Position numbers and translations under genes: made by a program. From IMG/VR virus record IMGVR_UViG_3300036766_002289, positions 28,056 through 92,055 of that record: a DNA stretch of 64,000 nt; one strand, written 5' to 3'. Source of the stretch: a virus. The first letter of the stretch is position 1. Each line of letters opens with the position of its first letter. The notes under the pieces are model-generated. The model made no database searches and was not told where the DNA came from. It saw only the letters and a list, made by a program, of their open reading frames with translations. Shown here one piece after another: positions 35,428-45,551 of this stretch.

Positions 35428-36207
35428 TTGGAGATAATCATGAATAAAGAACGTAGGGGCTTTATGGCTTGGCTAGCTGGGTTTTTTGGTCTTGGCGCGG
35501 TTACGCAATTAGGTGCGCAACCAGTAAGTATGACCAACAATCATCCAGTATATGGGAAACAAGGTGAATGGATTCTTTACAAACAAGATGTGCCAAATAA
35601 AAAAGGCATTATTGTCTTTACAATGAATGTTGGTAATCTTCCCCCCTTAAAAGCAGAAGCCTACATTGAAAGGATCAAAGATCAGTTCCGTAAAAGTGGC
35701 AACCCACAAGATTGGCAAGACTGGCAGCATATTTTTATGCCAGTCCGCCATCAAGAAACTAAGGTTGAGATTTTTTCATTTGAAAAGTGTGATTACATAG
35801 AGCCTATGAAAGTTCTGGGGGCTGTCGTTCCTTTTGTAGCCCCAAGTAAAGAATCTGTAAAGGATTATGTCCTTTTGATGTTAGGTGCGCCAGTTGTTAA
35901 GGTTGAATTAGATGATACTCAACTTGAATTTGCATATAACAGTACCAAAGAAGCTTTTGCACATGTGTCTGAGGCTAAGGGTAGCGTTTTGATGAAGTTT
36001 GAGGGTAGTCGCCCTTGGGCTGGTTTGGGCGATGAGATTTTCAAGCAAATGGTGTATGCTCGGGCCATGATTATGTTGGGTCATATTCGTGGTAAGTATA
36101 TCTCACTTCCAGGTTCAGGCGGTAATATTGTGATGGATGGTGAAACACTTAGAGAAGAAGGTAATACATTGCTAGCTGAGTGTATGGAGGAACTAAGTAA
36201 TTTATGA
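35428..36207 (+). CDS. hypothetical protein
   Basis: ORF 259 aa; ggag RBS. Confidence 0.5.
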   Translation: MEIIMNKERRGFMAWLAGFFGLGAVTQLGAQPVSMTNNHPVYGKQGEWILYKQDVPNKKGIIVFTMNVGNLPPLKAEAYIERIKDQFRKSGNPQDWQDWQHIFMPVRHQETKVEIFSFEKCDYIEPMKVLGAVVPFVAPSKESVKDYVLLMLGAPVVKVELDDTQLEFAYNSTKEAFAHVSEAKGSVLMKFEGSRPWAGLGDEIFKQMVYARAMIMLGHIRGKYISLPGSGGNIVMDGETLREEGNTLLAECMEELSNL

Positions 36208-36391
36208 CAGGTGATGAATTAGACCGATTTGAAAATTTATTACTATTCTGTTGTTCTCATGATAAGTTCAGAAGGGCACCAGTTGGGCAGGCTGTAGGGA
36301 TGTTGCCTGAATCTGTAAAAGAATTCCTTAGAACAATTAAGTCTGATGATTTAAAGAATATTAGGCCAGATTATATTAAGAAGAATTGGCT

Positions 36392-36586
36392 TTAAGCCTT
36401 AATATCGGATTTTCTAACAGTCAGGACATATCTTTGGACAAAGATATTGTCAAGTTGAAATAAAAGATCAATTAGGTCGAAGTCAACGCCTACAATAGTG
36501 CCATACATGCCGTAGAATCGGTGATCTGTGCCAATATATTTTACCCTTTTGCCTATTCTGTAAGGATTTAACCAATAGTTTTTCAC
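36392..36586 (-). CDS. small hypothetical protein, MKNYWL family, GTG start
   Basis: Minus-strand ORF starting with the conserved tgaaaaactattggtt module. Confidence 0.35.
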   Translation of the reverse strand: MKNYWLNPYRIGKRVKYIGTDHRFYGMYGTIVGVDFDLIDLLFQLDNIFVQRYVLTVRKSDIKA

Positions 36587-36602
36587 ATAGATATTTACTC
36601 AG

Positions 36603-36986
36603 ATGCTCTACTATCTGTTTTTCCTACATTTGATTGGCGATTTTGTTTTTCAAATCCGCTGGATGGCTAATAACAAAAGCCATAATCGGTGGGCACTTAT
36701 GCTGCATTGTCTGGTATATTCAGCAACTTTAGGCGGTGGTTTGTATTGGCTTAGACCTGAGTATGTTACACTGCCAGAGTTTGGTTTATTTATATTTTTT
36801 AATCTTTGTGCCCATTATTTAACTGATTCTATCACAAGCAAAATTACTTCTTATTTTTATAGTAAAGAGCAATTTTATTTATTTTTTGTTACCGTAGGAT
36901 TGGACCAATTCATACATACTGCGACGTTATTATTGAGTTGTCAGCTTATAATTGAGAAAATTGGTGGGCATAAATGGCTAACATAA
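36603..36986 (+). CDS. membrane protein
   Basis: ORF 127 aa, several TM segments. Confidence 0.4.
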   Translation: MLYYLFFLHLIGDFVFQIRWMANNKSHNRWALMLHCLVYSATLGGGLYWLRPEYVTLPEFGLFIFFNLCAHYLTDSITSKITSYFYSKEQFYLFFVTVGLDQFIHTATLLLSCQLIIEKIGGHKWLT

Positions 36987-37432
36987 GAAAATATAAGAAG
37001 TTAAGGACAGAAGGCTATACAATACTTGGTCTTTATAAGATTGGTAGAGAAAATGGCCTGGCTCCAGATGAAATTGTGATAATGTTGGATAAAGTTATGC
37101 CAGAGGAAGGGCATGATGATGTTGTTAAGTTTATGCGAAAAATGGAGTTTGGTGAAGAATATTGTATGACTTGTCAGAAATTTTTCATAGATAAGCCAGG
37201 AGAATGGTGTGATTTTCATTGCAAGGATTGCCAGAAAAGAATTGACAAAATGTGGGAAAAGGTCTATGATGCATGTGAGGAATCTGGTGAAGAATTGTCC
37301 AGTGACGAGCAGGTTAGGTTTAGTATTTTAATTGGAATGGTTACGGCGATGGATAGCTTAGTTGTACAGGAGGCAGATGGGACACAAGAGAACCAAGGGA
37401 GTGAGACAAAAACTTCGTTCAAAACAGAGTGA
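36974..37432 (+). CDS. hypothetical Cys-rich protein
   Basis: ORF 152 aa; CMTCQ...CKDCQ. Confidence 0.45.
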   Translation: MANIRKYKKLRTEGYTILGLYKIGRENGLAPDEIVIMLDKVMPEEGHDDVVKFMRKMEFGEEYCMTCQKFFIDKPGEWCDFHCKDCQKRIDKMWEKVYDACEESGEELSSDEQVRFSILIGMVTAMDSLVVQEADGTQENQGSETKTSFKTE

Positions 37433-37827
37433 GAAAACAAAACAGTATGCGGTAGTGCCAGCTATTATTGTTAATAGTGAAATTCGTGGGGATGTGGAAA
37501 TTTTAAGCAAACGTGGTGACGGTAGGTTTGAATGCAAAGTTGGGGAATCGAGTATCCAATACTTAAGTAAAAAAGAGATAGATAAACTTGTCGTCAGAAG
37601 CTAATTTCGCATGGCGCGGGGCTGGTCTGCAAAATCAGTGCTAATAGGTTCGAATCCTACTGACGATTCTAGAGGAAGTGATATGAAAGTTTTTGTATTA
37701 GACAATCATGATTCAAAGTTCATAATGCGTAGGGAAGAAGCCTTGGCCGCGATTGGATATGAATTGGATATACTTGAAGTTGGGGATACTTTTACTATTG
37801 AATGTAAGGTAATGACTGAAGAAGAAG

Positions 37828-38562
37828 TTGACGCCTTACCAGAGATGTAAAATGTCAGCAGTAGCAACTTGGATTAATCATGATGCCTTACGCAATGACA
37901 TAGAAAGCCATACTGCGTTTGCATTAATTTCGGCATTGGATATAATTAATTGGGAATGCCCAATTACTGTTATTCAACAAGACGCGCTGATTTATGCTAT
38001 AAAAGAACTAATGCCGACGCATCATTGGTCGCGTATCAGCGAATATCCGTGGGCATTAGTAAATGCAAGGATTACAGGCAAACAATCCGTTTTAGATGTT
38101 GGTGGGGCAGATTCGCCTTTTCAATATGCTTTAGTTATGCGGGCAGGGGCTGTTACCAACATTGACTTAGATGAAGATGGTAAGTTTGCCCTTGCCAAGA
38201 AATCAATCCTTGGCAAGGCTTTATCTGATAAGATTGTTTGGCTAAAGCAGGATGTGCTTACTTATAAGAAAACTTTTGATCGGGTGTTGTGTATATCGGT
38301 CCTTGAACATATGCGTGACCCTATTGGTGCCGTCAAGCACCTTTATTCGCTTGTGAATCCTGGTGGTCGGTTATTGTTTTCGTTTGATGTTGCAGAAAAA
38401 CCATGTAAGGATTTTCCTATTGGGATAGTTGAGGCTAAGAAAATATTGAATATATTCTCTCTTAAAATGCCATCTATTTCGGAAGCTTATGTTCAGCCGT
38501 TCAAGATCGCTAAGAATTTAAGAGTTATGTGTGTTTATGCAGATAAAGGATTTGGAAAATAG
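37828..38562 (+). CDS. SAM-dependent methyltransferase-like protein
   Basis: VLDVGGADSPF (motif I-like), NIDLDE, ..SVLEHMRDP...LVNPGGRLLF. Confidence 0.5.
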   Translation: MTPYQRCKMSAVATWINHDALRNDIESHTAFALISALDIINWECPITVIQQDALIYAIKELMPTHHWSRISEYPWALVNARITGKQSVLDVGGADSPFQYALVMRAGAVTNIDLDEDGKFALAKKSILGKALSDKIVWLKQDVLTYKKTFDRVLCISVLEHMRDPIGAVKHLYSLVNPGGRLLFSFDVAEKPCKDFPIGIVEAKKILNIFSLKMPSISEAYVQPFKIAKNLRVMCVYADKGFGK

Positions 38563-38575
38563 ATATATATTATAT

Positions 38576-38647
38576 GGTCCCGTAGTCTAATGGAGAGGCA
38601 CTTGTTTCCTAAACAAGGTTATGCAGGTTCGATTCCTGTCGGGACTA
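38576..38647 (+). tRNA. tRNA-Arg(CCT)
   Basis: Acceptor GGTCCCG/CGGGACT, D-stem GTCT/AGGC, anticodon arm CTTGT-TTCCTAA-ACAAG, T-arm GCAGG-TTCGATT-CCTGT. Confidence 0.55.
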
Positions 38648-38653
38648 CTTTAG

Positions 38654-38727
38654 GGGGTCACAATGGGCGGTAAAATCATAAACCGAAAGGCTTGATTTTA
38701 TTAAAGGTTCAATTCCTTTTGACTCCA
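38654..38727 (+). tRNA. atypical tRNA-like gene (anticodon arm not foldable; contains CCGAAAGG)
   Basis: Acceptor GGGGTCA/TGACTCC, D-arm ATGG-GCGGTAAAA-TCAT, T-arm AAAGG-TTCAATT-CCTTT. Confidence 0.3.
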
Positions 38728-38946
38728 CTATGACGTTAGATAATATAGTAAAATCTTATGTGACAGCAGGATTGACAACAAAGGTATACGATGCTCCGAA
38801 AGATGCTGTTACCTTTGACAAAATGATTGTTATTTTCAGTACACCAGCCTGTAAATCCATTAAAATGGTAATGCTGCATAGCAGTAAAACTCAAGGCATC
38901 GTAGGTAAGTTTTAGACTTTACGGAAGCAGAAAGTCATAGTATGAT

Positions 38947-39297
38947 ATGGTTGTTGATTTTGAGATTACGTTGAACAGATTTGGGTTTTATCGGCTCACA
39001 AACAAAGTTCAGATAGCGTTTGTTAGGATATCTTGGTGGGATATTCCAAATAAACACTCTGTTAGTTTTGAAATAAACTGGAAAAACATGACTAAGCAAG
39101 AGATGGAATTATCGCAAGCATTTACTGAGTTGGAATATAAAGTAAAAGCTTTAAAAATGGCTCATGATATTAGTGAAAGTTTAGGTTCGCAGAAGCATAG
39201 TTATTGGATTGCTTATATTGAGCCAGTGGAGAAACGTCTGGCTGATTTTAAGACTAAATTTTACAAAATTATGCTAGAGATGGAAGAACCTGAATAA
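38947..39297 (+). CDS. hypothetical protein
   Basis: ORF 116 aa. Confidence 0.4.
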   Translation: MVVDFEITLNRFGFYRLTNKVQIAFVRISWWDIPNKHSVSFEINWKNMTKQEMELSQAFTELEYKVKALKMAHDISESLGSQKHSYWIAYIEPVEKRLADFKTKFYKIMLEMEEPE

Positions 39298-39384
39298 ATA
39301 TTAGTATGGAACATGGCCTACCCAGGCTTACAGGGGAACGCTGCTCTGCGGGATAAGCAGATTTGAAACACCCGCATTGTTATT

Positions 39385-39456
39385 GGTCTCATGGTGAAAT
39401 GGATATCATTCAATGCTTCTAACATTGAGTTTTAGGTTCGATTCCTAATGGGACTA
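39385..39456 (+). tRNA. tRNA-Arg(TCT)
   Basis: Acceptor GGTCTCA/TGGGACT, anticodon arm CAATG-CTTCTAA-CATTG, T-arm TTAGG-TTCGATT-CCTAA. Confidence 0.55.
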
Positions 39457-39461
39457 CTCAT

Positions 39462-39533
39462 GCTCCTGTAGTCTAGTGGACAGGCAACCGCCTTCTAAGC
39501 GGTTCGACGCAGGTTCGATTCCTGCCAGGAGTG
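39462..39533 (+). tRNA. tRNA-Arg(TCT), second diverged copy
   Basis: Acceptor GCTCCTG/CAGGAGT, D-stem GTCT/AGGC, anticodon arm ACCGC-CTTCTAA-GCGGT, T-arm GCAGG-TTCGATT-CCTGC. Confidence 0.55.
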
Positions 39534-39774
39534 CTTTTCTAGAGACTACTTAAAATGTTATTTCAACTTGTTTGTTGGGTTACTGGCCATGACTGGCATT
39601 ATTATTATACTTATTATGGCACTTATCGCCGTCGTTGTCAAGATTGTGGCTCAGACGAGAAACTTTAATGCGAATACCTTGGTTCGATGGTGGTGAAGAA
39701 TCCAGAAGGGATGCACGCCTTTTGACAACAATGTTTCTTGTTGCTTTGTCTATGGCAATAGGTATAATGTTGCT

Positions 39775-40224
39775 ATGTCTGATCGAGTAATGTTCTTTGT
39801 TGGCCGAACGATTGGGGCTATTTACTTAACCGCTGGTTTATTTCATGTATTTGGCGGTGAAGGCTGTGTAGACACATATTTTATTGGCATTCTCTTAATT
39901 GGGGTTCTAGTTTCTTTGGCTCTTGAGAGGGGCATAATCAAGTTCATTAAGGACAAAATCATGGGTGTAGACTTCTTTCCTTGTGATTATTGTAGTGAAA
40001 CAATCTGCGATTGTGGTGATTATATTCGGTGTGATTGTGGACGTGTGTGGTGCGATGAAAAATGTGCTAAAGAAGAAGGTTTTCGCACTAAGAGGAAGAA
40101 AAATACTTGTTCGTTTTGTAGAGTTGAAGCTGCCGAAGATTCTGACCTTTTCGAGTTCCTTTTGAAGAAGTATAACCTTACAAGGGATGATGTTCTCAAA
40201 GAATATATCAAGAATCATGACTAA
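39775..40224 (+). CDS. membrane-anchored Cys-rich protein
   Basis: ORF 149 aa. Confidence 0.45.
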   Translation: MSDRVMFFVGRTIGAIYLTAGLFHVFGGEGCVDTYFIGILLIGVLVSLALERGIIKFIKDKIMGVDFFPCDYCSETICDCGDYIRCDCGRVWCDEKCAKEEGFRTKRKKNTCSFCRVEAAEDSDLFEFLLKKYNLTRDDVLKEYIKNHD

Positions 40225-40713
40225 AAAAGAACTAGATTTAGTCCAGGCATTTACGGCGGTAGAAACTGCATGGGCTAGAATTGAATACTATAACGATCAA
40301 GAAAGTGTTATTAATGAAATTGATGATGCTTTAAAAGAGTTTAAAACTTTGTTCTATGACCTTATTACGGAAGAGGAAACGGAATGAGTCCTGTTTACAT
40401 TAGGTTATCGGATAAGAAATGGTTCCGTACTCTTGATATAAATAACCGTGGCTTGGTTTATATTGACTTATCGGAAGATGGCGAAATCATAGGTGTAGAG
40501 GTTTTAAATAACAATTACAAGATTGAGATTGACGGTAAAACACATGAACAAAATTGAAGTAGAATTAATAGACGTGCTTCTAAAGCTTGAACAAGCAGTA
40601 ACTGTGGTAATATCTAACTATGGGTCTGGCAACGCTTCGTCAATGAACTTAAGTAAAGAATTAAATAATTTTAAAGTGTGCTTATTTAAACTTTTAGCCA
40701 GTAATGCCGAGGA

Positions 40714-41082
40714 TTGAACATGCCTTACGATTCTAATGGTAATTGGTATGCTCCAACAGGTTCTCATAAAGCGGGGGGATATCCGCCAATGTCGGTTACA
40801 CCAATTTCACCGCCTCCAGTTTTTAAACCTATAGGGGGAGTTAATCCAAATTTTCCGCCTATAGTTTTTCCACCACCATCTCAACCTGTGTATAGTCTAC
40901 CCCCATATCAACCTGGCATAGTATTTAATTCGACACCACCACCATTAATAACTATTACATGTCCAACACTAGTCCCTTTTGATTTTTCATCGCCACTGAA
41001 ATGCACTTGTGACATAATGGCGTTGATGCAACGGGGTTGTAAATGTGGGCAATTTGAAAGAGAACAAAAGTCTAAAAACTGA
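40714..41082 (+). CDS. proline-rich hypothetical protein
   Basis: ORF 122 aa. Confidence 0.4.
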   Translation: MNMPYDSNGNWYAPTGSHKAGGYPPMSVTPISPPPVFKPIGGVNPNFPPIVFPPPSQPVYSLPPYQPGIVFNSTPPPLITITCPTLVPFDFSSPLKCTCDIMALMQRGCKCGQFEREQKSKN

Positions 41083-41419
41083 GAAAGTTGCTTTACAAAT
41101 TCAGGATTCGTGCTAGTATATATTGTTAGATGGGCAGTGTCCTCGACGGCTTGAGGGCTGGACTTATATTCCAGCACATGTGGTTCAACTCCATAACTGC
41201 CTACTTCATGAAGAATTTTTGGGTGAATACAATAGATCGGGCTTTAAGGCGATTAGGATACATGCCCGATACAATTAACGGTCTTTTAGATAAAGAAAAA
41301 GAAGCCGTTATCATTGAACAATACCTCTATATTTTGCGAGAAGATAATGAAGACTGTATGCCGCTTTCTTTGGAAGAGATGGCGGAATACGTCGTTGACT
41401 ACTTTAGAAAAGGTGTTAA

Positions 41420-41896
41420 ATGTTGACTCCGCGTGACCATTTGGATAATTTGGTCCGTCACATTGATCTAGTTCGTGAAGCATGTCTTTTGTTAGGTCGT
41501 CGGTTAATGGATTCTGGCCGACTTGAATTTGGCAGATTACTTATCGCTGCTGGATTCCACCATGATGTTTCCAAATTCTTCGGCATTGAATGGAATTATC
41601 TTCATGCAGGACGCGACGTTCCCAAAGAACAACTCGATTTAGCAATTAAACAACATACTCAAACCAACTCTCATCATCCCGAATATTGGGGTGGCGTAGA
41701 AAATATGCCAGAGATAGCAGTTGCAGAAATGGTCTGTGACTGGTATGCTCGTAGTCAAGAGTTTGGCACTTGCCTGCGTGACTGGATTAAGCAAAATGCA
41801 ATTGACAGATTCAAGATTGACCTAGAATCTGAGCAATACTTATGGATTTATAAGTTTGTAGACCTTCTTTTAGAAGACCAATTTGTGAGGAATTAA
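41420..41896 (+). CDS. possible HD-domain phosphohydrolase
   Basis: AAGFHHDVSKF and NSHHPEYWGG resemble H..HD and downstream His motifs; weak. Confidence 0.4.
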   Translation: MLTPRDHLDNLVRHIDLVREACLLLGRRLMDSGRLEFGRLLIAAGFHHDVSKFFGIEWNYLHAGRDVPKEQLDLAIKQHTQTNSHHPEYWGGVENMPEIAVAEMVCDWYARSQEFGTCLRDWIKQNAIDRFKIDLESEQYLWIYKFVDLLLEDQFVRN

Positions 41897-41898
41897 TT

Positions 41899-42234
41899 AT
41901 GGACAGACGAACTTGGTTCGCATCTTTGTTTGGCGGTGTTGCTGCTATCTTAGGTTATAAGACTGCACAGATTTCCAGTATGGGAGCAACAGAAGCCAGG
42001 CTTCTCAATGACCTGATCTCCAGTGGGGAGCAGGCAACAAAAAAAGTCAATGACCTTAGAGACTCAGGCTTAGTGTCTGACTACGACATTTTGACAAAAT
42101 GGATGGGTTATTCAGCAAATGATGCCACGGAGATGGTGACTCGTCTTAAAATTCAGAAACTTGAAGAAATTAAGCTGCAAGTTTTGGCTCAAAACCCACA
42201 GCTATTGGGAATTGGTGTTCCTAAAAATGCATAA
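41899..42234 (+). CDS. hypothetical protein
   Basis: ORF 111 aa. Confidence 0.4.
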   Translation: MDRRTWFASLFGGVAAILGYKTAQISSMGATEARLLNDLISSGEQATKKVNDLRDSGLVSDYDILTKWMGYSANDATEMVTRLKIQKLEEIKLQVLAQNPQLLGIGVPKNA

Positions 42235-42619
42235 AATAGCTTGGAAATCACTTCGTAAAGATGGAGGCATGGGACGTGCCTCCATTAATCATTTTACGTC
42301 CGATGGGAAGAAGACTTTATGCAATAAGCCTATTCCTGTCACCGAACTTTGTTTAGACTCCAAGCATGATTGTAAAAAATGTAGTGCAATAAAAACGCGG
42401 GCGGAAGATTATGTTAAAATAATGGCAGACAAGCCAGCTTATTTTAAGGAAGTGGTTGAATTGCTTGGTGGTCATTATGAGCCAGAAGGCGTTGCTTGGT
42501 GGGATAATCATGGCAATAAGAAAGATATGTATGTTGCCTATGGTCGTCTTGCTCCATTCATGGACAATAGTGACAATTTTAGAATGACTGATAATGCCTT
42601 ATATTATGCAAAATCTTAA
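42227..42619 (+). CDS. hypothetical protein
   Basis: ATG overlaps the upstream stop (ATGCATAA). Confidence 0.4.
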   Translation: MHKIAWKSLRKDGGMGRASINHFTSDGKKTLCNKPIPVTELCLDSKHDCKKCSAIKTRAEDYVKIMADKPAYFKEVVELLGGHYEPEGVAWWDNHGNKKDMYVAYGRLAPFMDNSDNFRMTDNALYYAKS

Positions 42620-42956
42620 AATAATCAGAAAAGCCATGCTGAAAGCAGCTAGGGCCGACACTTCATGTAGTCCAGAAGGATATGATAGGAAAAAGTCCCC
42701 TTTGCATCTGCATTGTGCTGCCGCCGCATGTATTGTTAAAGCCTTATTTAATGGCGAAATAGTGACGGGAAGAGTGAAAGGCATTCAGCATTATTGGAAT
42801 AGACTGCCAGATGGCGTCGAAGTAGATTTAACTTCTTGTCAGTTTGGTGGGGATGGATTTACGCCCTTCAAAAAGGGCAGGAAAGTTATAAGAAAAGGGT
42901 TGACGCCTTTAAGGTTTCTTTTATTTGCAGCTAGAGTTAGGAATGAATTGGTGTAA
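42594..42956 (+). CDS. hypothetical protein
   Basis: ORF 120 aa. Confidence 0.4.
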   Translation: MPYIMQNLKIIRKAMLKAARADTSCSPEGYDRKKSPLHLHCAAAACIVKALFNGEIVTGRVKGIQHYWNRLPDGVEVDLTSCQFGGDGFTPFKKGRKVIRKGLTPLRFLLFAARVRNELV

Positions 42957-42958
42957 TA

Positions 42959-43309
42959 ATGGAAAAAAGATATGTTGCAAGTTTGCAGGATGAAATCGAC
43001 AGGGATTGTTACAAAGATTTTTTTGAATCTGACAAATTAGAAGAAACGAAGCAACACGCTGACGAAAGAGCCGAAAAATACCAAAGATCGGCAGTTGTGT
43101 TTGACAGGCGTTTTGGCATAGTGTACAAGAAAGAGATTAAAAGAACTGGTGATACGGAAGTTAAGGTCGTGAAACCAATAATCAGTAAGCGTTCTAAGGT
43201 AGTGACGAAGCCAGAACCTGTGTCAGAATCTACACCGCCGATTAAGCGTGGTAGAGGGCGTCCTCCTAAGTCAGAATTCAAACCTGCATCTAATGATGAT
43301 TATTTTTAG
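42959..43309 (+). CDS. hypothetical DNA-binding protein with C-terminal AT-hook (KRGRGRPPK)
   Basis: AT-hook core GRP flanked by basic residues. Confidence 0.45.
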   Translation: MEKRYVASLQDEIDRDCYKDFFESDKLEETKQHADERAEKYQRSAVVFDRRFGIVYKKEIKRTGDTEVKVVKPIISKRSKVVTKPEPVSESTPPIKRGRGRPPKSEFKPASNDDYF

Positions 43310-43317
43310 GAGGATTT

Positions 43318-43734
43318 ATGTCTCTTGAAGAAGCATTGCAAACTAGATTGAAAAGCCTCCCTAACAAAAGGTACAAAAGCAATGAGATGTTTAATATAAT
43401 TAGCGAATTTTTATTATCTCCATTGCTCCCTGATATTATTGAACTTAATAATATCCTGCATTGGGTCGTCCTGAACAAGGATGGCAATTCTTCATCTATC
43501 GACATAAGATATGAGAAAAAGAAAAGATCAGGATTGTTGAGTTCTCTTTTTTGGGTTTTTAATCGGTGGGGAACTGGCTTGAGGATTAAATACGAAAAAG
43601 ACGGACAAATTTTTATTTGCTCGTATTATAGGCATAGCTTTTACTCTCTGGCTGAACAACTAAAAACTGCCTATTATGAAAAGTTGCATGATGCGTTTCA
43701 TGCTGGGTTTGTTATCGTTGATAAAACCAGATAG
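43318..43734 (+). CDS. hypothetical protein
   Basis: aggagg RBS; ORF 138 aa. Confidence 0.45.
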   Translation: MSLEEALQTRLKSLPNKRYKSNEMFNIISEFLLSPLLPDIIELNNILHWVVLNKDGNSSSIDIRYEKKKRSGLLSSLFWVFNRWGTGLRIKYEKDGQIFICSYYRHSFYSLAEQLKTAYYEKLHDAFHAGFVIVDKTR

Positions 43735-43743
43735 GGGAAAATT

Positions 43744-44136
43744 ATGAACCAGGAACAAATCATCTCACAAGTTAAGACAGTCGTAACGGATTGCCTTAAT
43801 GTTGATGAGGACGAAATCACTCTAGATTCTAGGCTTAGTGCCGATTTGGGGGCAGAGTCCATCGACTTTTTGGATTTGACATTCAGACTTGAAAGACAAT
43901 TCAATATAAGAATCCCACATGGCGACTTGTTCCCAACTGACCTTTTTAGGGATTTAGATAATTGTGTCGAAGGTGGTAAAGTTACACCTAAAGGAATTGA
44001 CTTGCTGAAGAGTAAAATTCCTTTTGCTGATTTTTCTGAGTGGGAGAAAAACCCACAATATGCTACCGTTACGGATTCCTTTACCGTTGGGACTTTGGTA
44101 AAGTATATTGGGATGCAGCAAACCATTATCAGCTAG
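43744..44136 (+). CDS. acyl-carrier-protein-like (PP-binding) domain protein
   Basis: N-terminal about 80 aa with DLGAESIDFLDL (ACP Ser-attachment-like DSL/ESI helix II motif). Confidence 0.5.
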   Translation: MNQEQIISQVKTVVTDCLNVDEDEITLDSRLSADLGAESIDFLDLTFRLERQFNIRIPHGDLFPTDLFRDLDNCVEGGKVTPKGIDLLKSKIPFADFSEWEKNPQYATVTDSFTVGTLVKYIGMQQTIIS

Positions 44137-44272
44137 GAGTTGAAATGTATTACTTGTTTACACAATGTCCCAATGGCGATTGGGAGTTGATTGTTGAATC
44201 AAAGGACTTTGCATACATCAACAGGGTGGAAAGAGAGTTGAATTATCACGGCATTATTACTGGTATGGTGGG

Positions 44273-45049
44273 ATGGTAGAACCGAACCAAATATACTGCT
44301 GTGACTATCTTGAACTACTTAGGCAAATTCCAGATAACTCTGTATCCTTAGTGTTGTCAGACCCGCCTTTTGGTATCAACTATAGCAATAACTATACCAA
44401 AAAAAAGCATGAAGTCCTACAAGGCGATGCTAGCAAGTTCTCTTATCTAGAATTTGGCAAGGAAGCCTTCAGAATTCTTAAAGATGACACCGCAATCTTT
44501 GTTTTTACTGGCTGGAGCGAATATCCAGACCACTATAAACAATTAGAGTCTTGCGGATTCTCTATGAAGGAACCAATTATTTGCCAGAAGAGAGCTTCTG
44601 GCAAAACTGATTTATACGGTTCTTTTCAAACCAATTCCGATTGGATTATTTTTGCTCATAAGGGCAGATTTAAGTTCAGGAAGACTACTTTAGTAAAGAA
44701 TAAGAAGGCTGGTGTAATTCCTAATATTGGAAGGTCGCCCGTGCCAGAGTATAAAACGCGATTTCCCTCTTGTTGGTTTGGTGAAGAATATCCTTGGTCA
44801 AGTGAGAATTCTGCGTGGCAGAAGGTCAACGGGATTTATCACCCAACTATAAAAGGGCAAATGTTCCTGATGTGGTTGATCCTTTTATCTACAGAACCTG
44901 GGGATTTAGTTGTTGATCCTTTTGTTGGGTCTGGGACAACTGCTGTGGCAGCAAAAATGGCTGCTAGGCAGTTTTTTGCTAGTGACGTATCACCAGAGTT
45001 TTGTGAGCAAGCAAGGAAGCGATTGACATTGTGTGATTTTGTAGTATAG
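44273..45049 (+). CDS. DNA methyltransferase (beta-class N6-adenine/N4-cytosine)
   Basis: Motif IV DPPF (LSDPPFG) precedes motif I VVDPFVGSGTT. Confidence 0.7.
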   Translation: MVEPNQIYCCDYLELLRQIPDNSVSLVLSDPPFGINYSNNYTKKKHEVLQGDASKFSYLEFGKEAFRILKDDTAIFVFTGWSEYPDHYKQLESCGFSMKEPIICQKRASGKTDLYGSFQTNSDWIIFAHKGRFKFRKTTLVKNKKAGVIPNIGRSPVPEYKTRFPSCWFGEEYPWSSENSAWQKVNGIYHPTIKGQMFLMWLILLSTEPGDLVVDPFVGSGTTAVAAKMAARQFFASDVSPEFCEQARKRLTLCDFVV

Positions 45050-45400
45050 TAAAGGTGTATGTATGAAAATGGAGACCTGTATGCATGTCGCCGCCAGAAT
45101 TTGGTGCGACAAGGAATTTGAGCATATCGTAATGGATACGGATGTCGCAATGAAGATTGCTAAGATATTGTTCTTTGTAGCCAATGCAGATGAGGCTAGT
45201 CGTGTATTATTGGCGGATACAACTAAGTCACAGTGAAGTGTATTGGTCGTCGAGTATCAATTATGGTCTGTTCTCAGTACCGCGTGAAGCGGTTTTGGAT
45301 GGGCATATGCTTAATGCATTTTTGACTTCTGTTGTGAAGATTGATAAAATTTCAAAAGAACAATATAATGAATTTATGGTCGATTGATATATAAATTCAT

Positions 45401-45472
45401 GCTACTCTGGCAGAGAAGTGATGCACCGCTCTAGTAAGGCGGACAAGGTGGGCGCGATACCCACGGGTAGCT
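45401..45472 (+). tRNA. atypical tRNA-like gene (anticodon loop CTAGTAA reads AGT; non-canonical T-loop CGCGATA)
   Basis: Acceptor GCTACTC/GGGTAGC, D-stem GCA/TGC, anticodon stem CCGCT/GGCGG. Confidence 0.35.
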
Positions 45473-45476
45473 CTGC

Positions 45477-45548
45477 GCCACTTTGGCAGAGCGGTTATGC
45501 ACTGGTTTTGTAAACCAGACAATCTGGGTTCGACTCCCAGAGGTGGCT
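45477..45548 (+). tRNA. tRNA-Thr(TGT), second diverged copy
   Basis: Acceptor GCCACTT/AGGTGGC, anticodon arm CTGGT-TTTGTAA-ACCAG, T-arm CTGGG-TTCGACT-CCCAG. Confidence 0.55.
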
Positions 45549-45551
45549 CTT

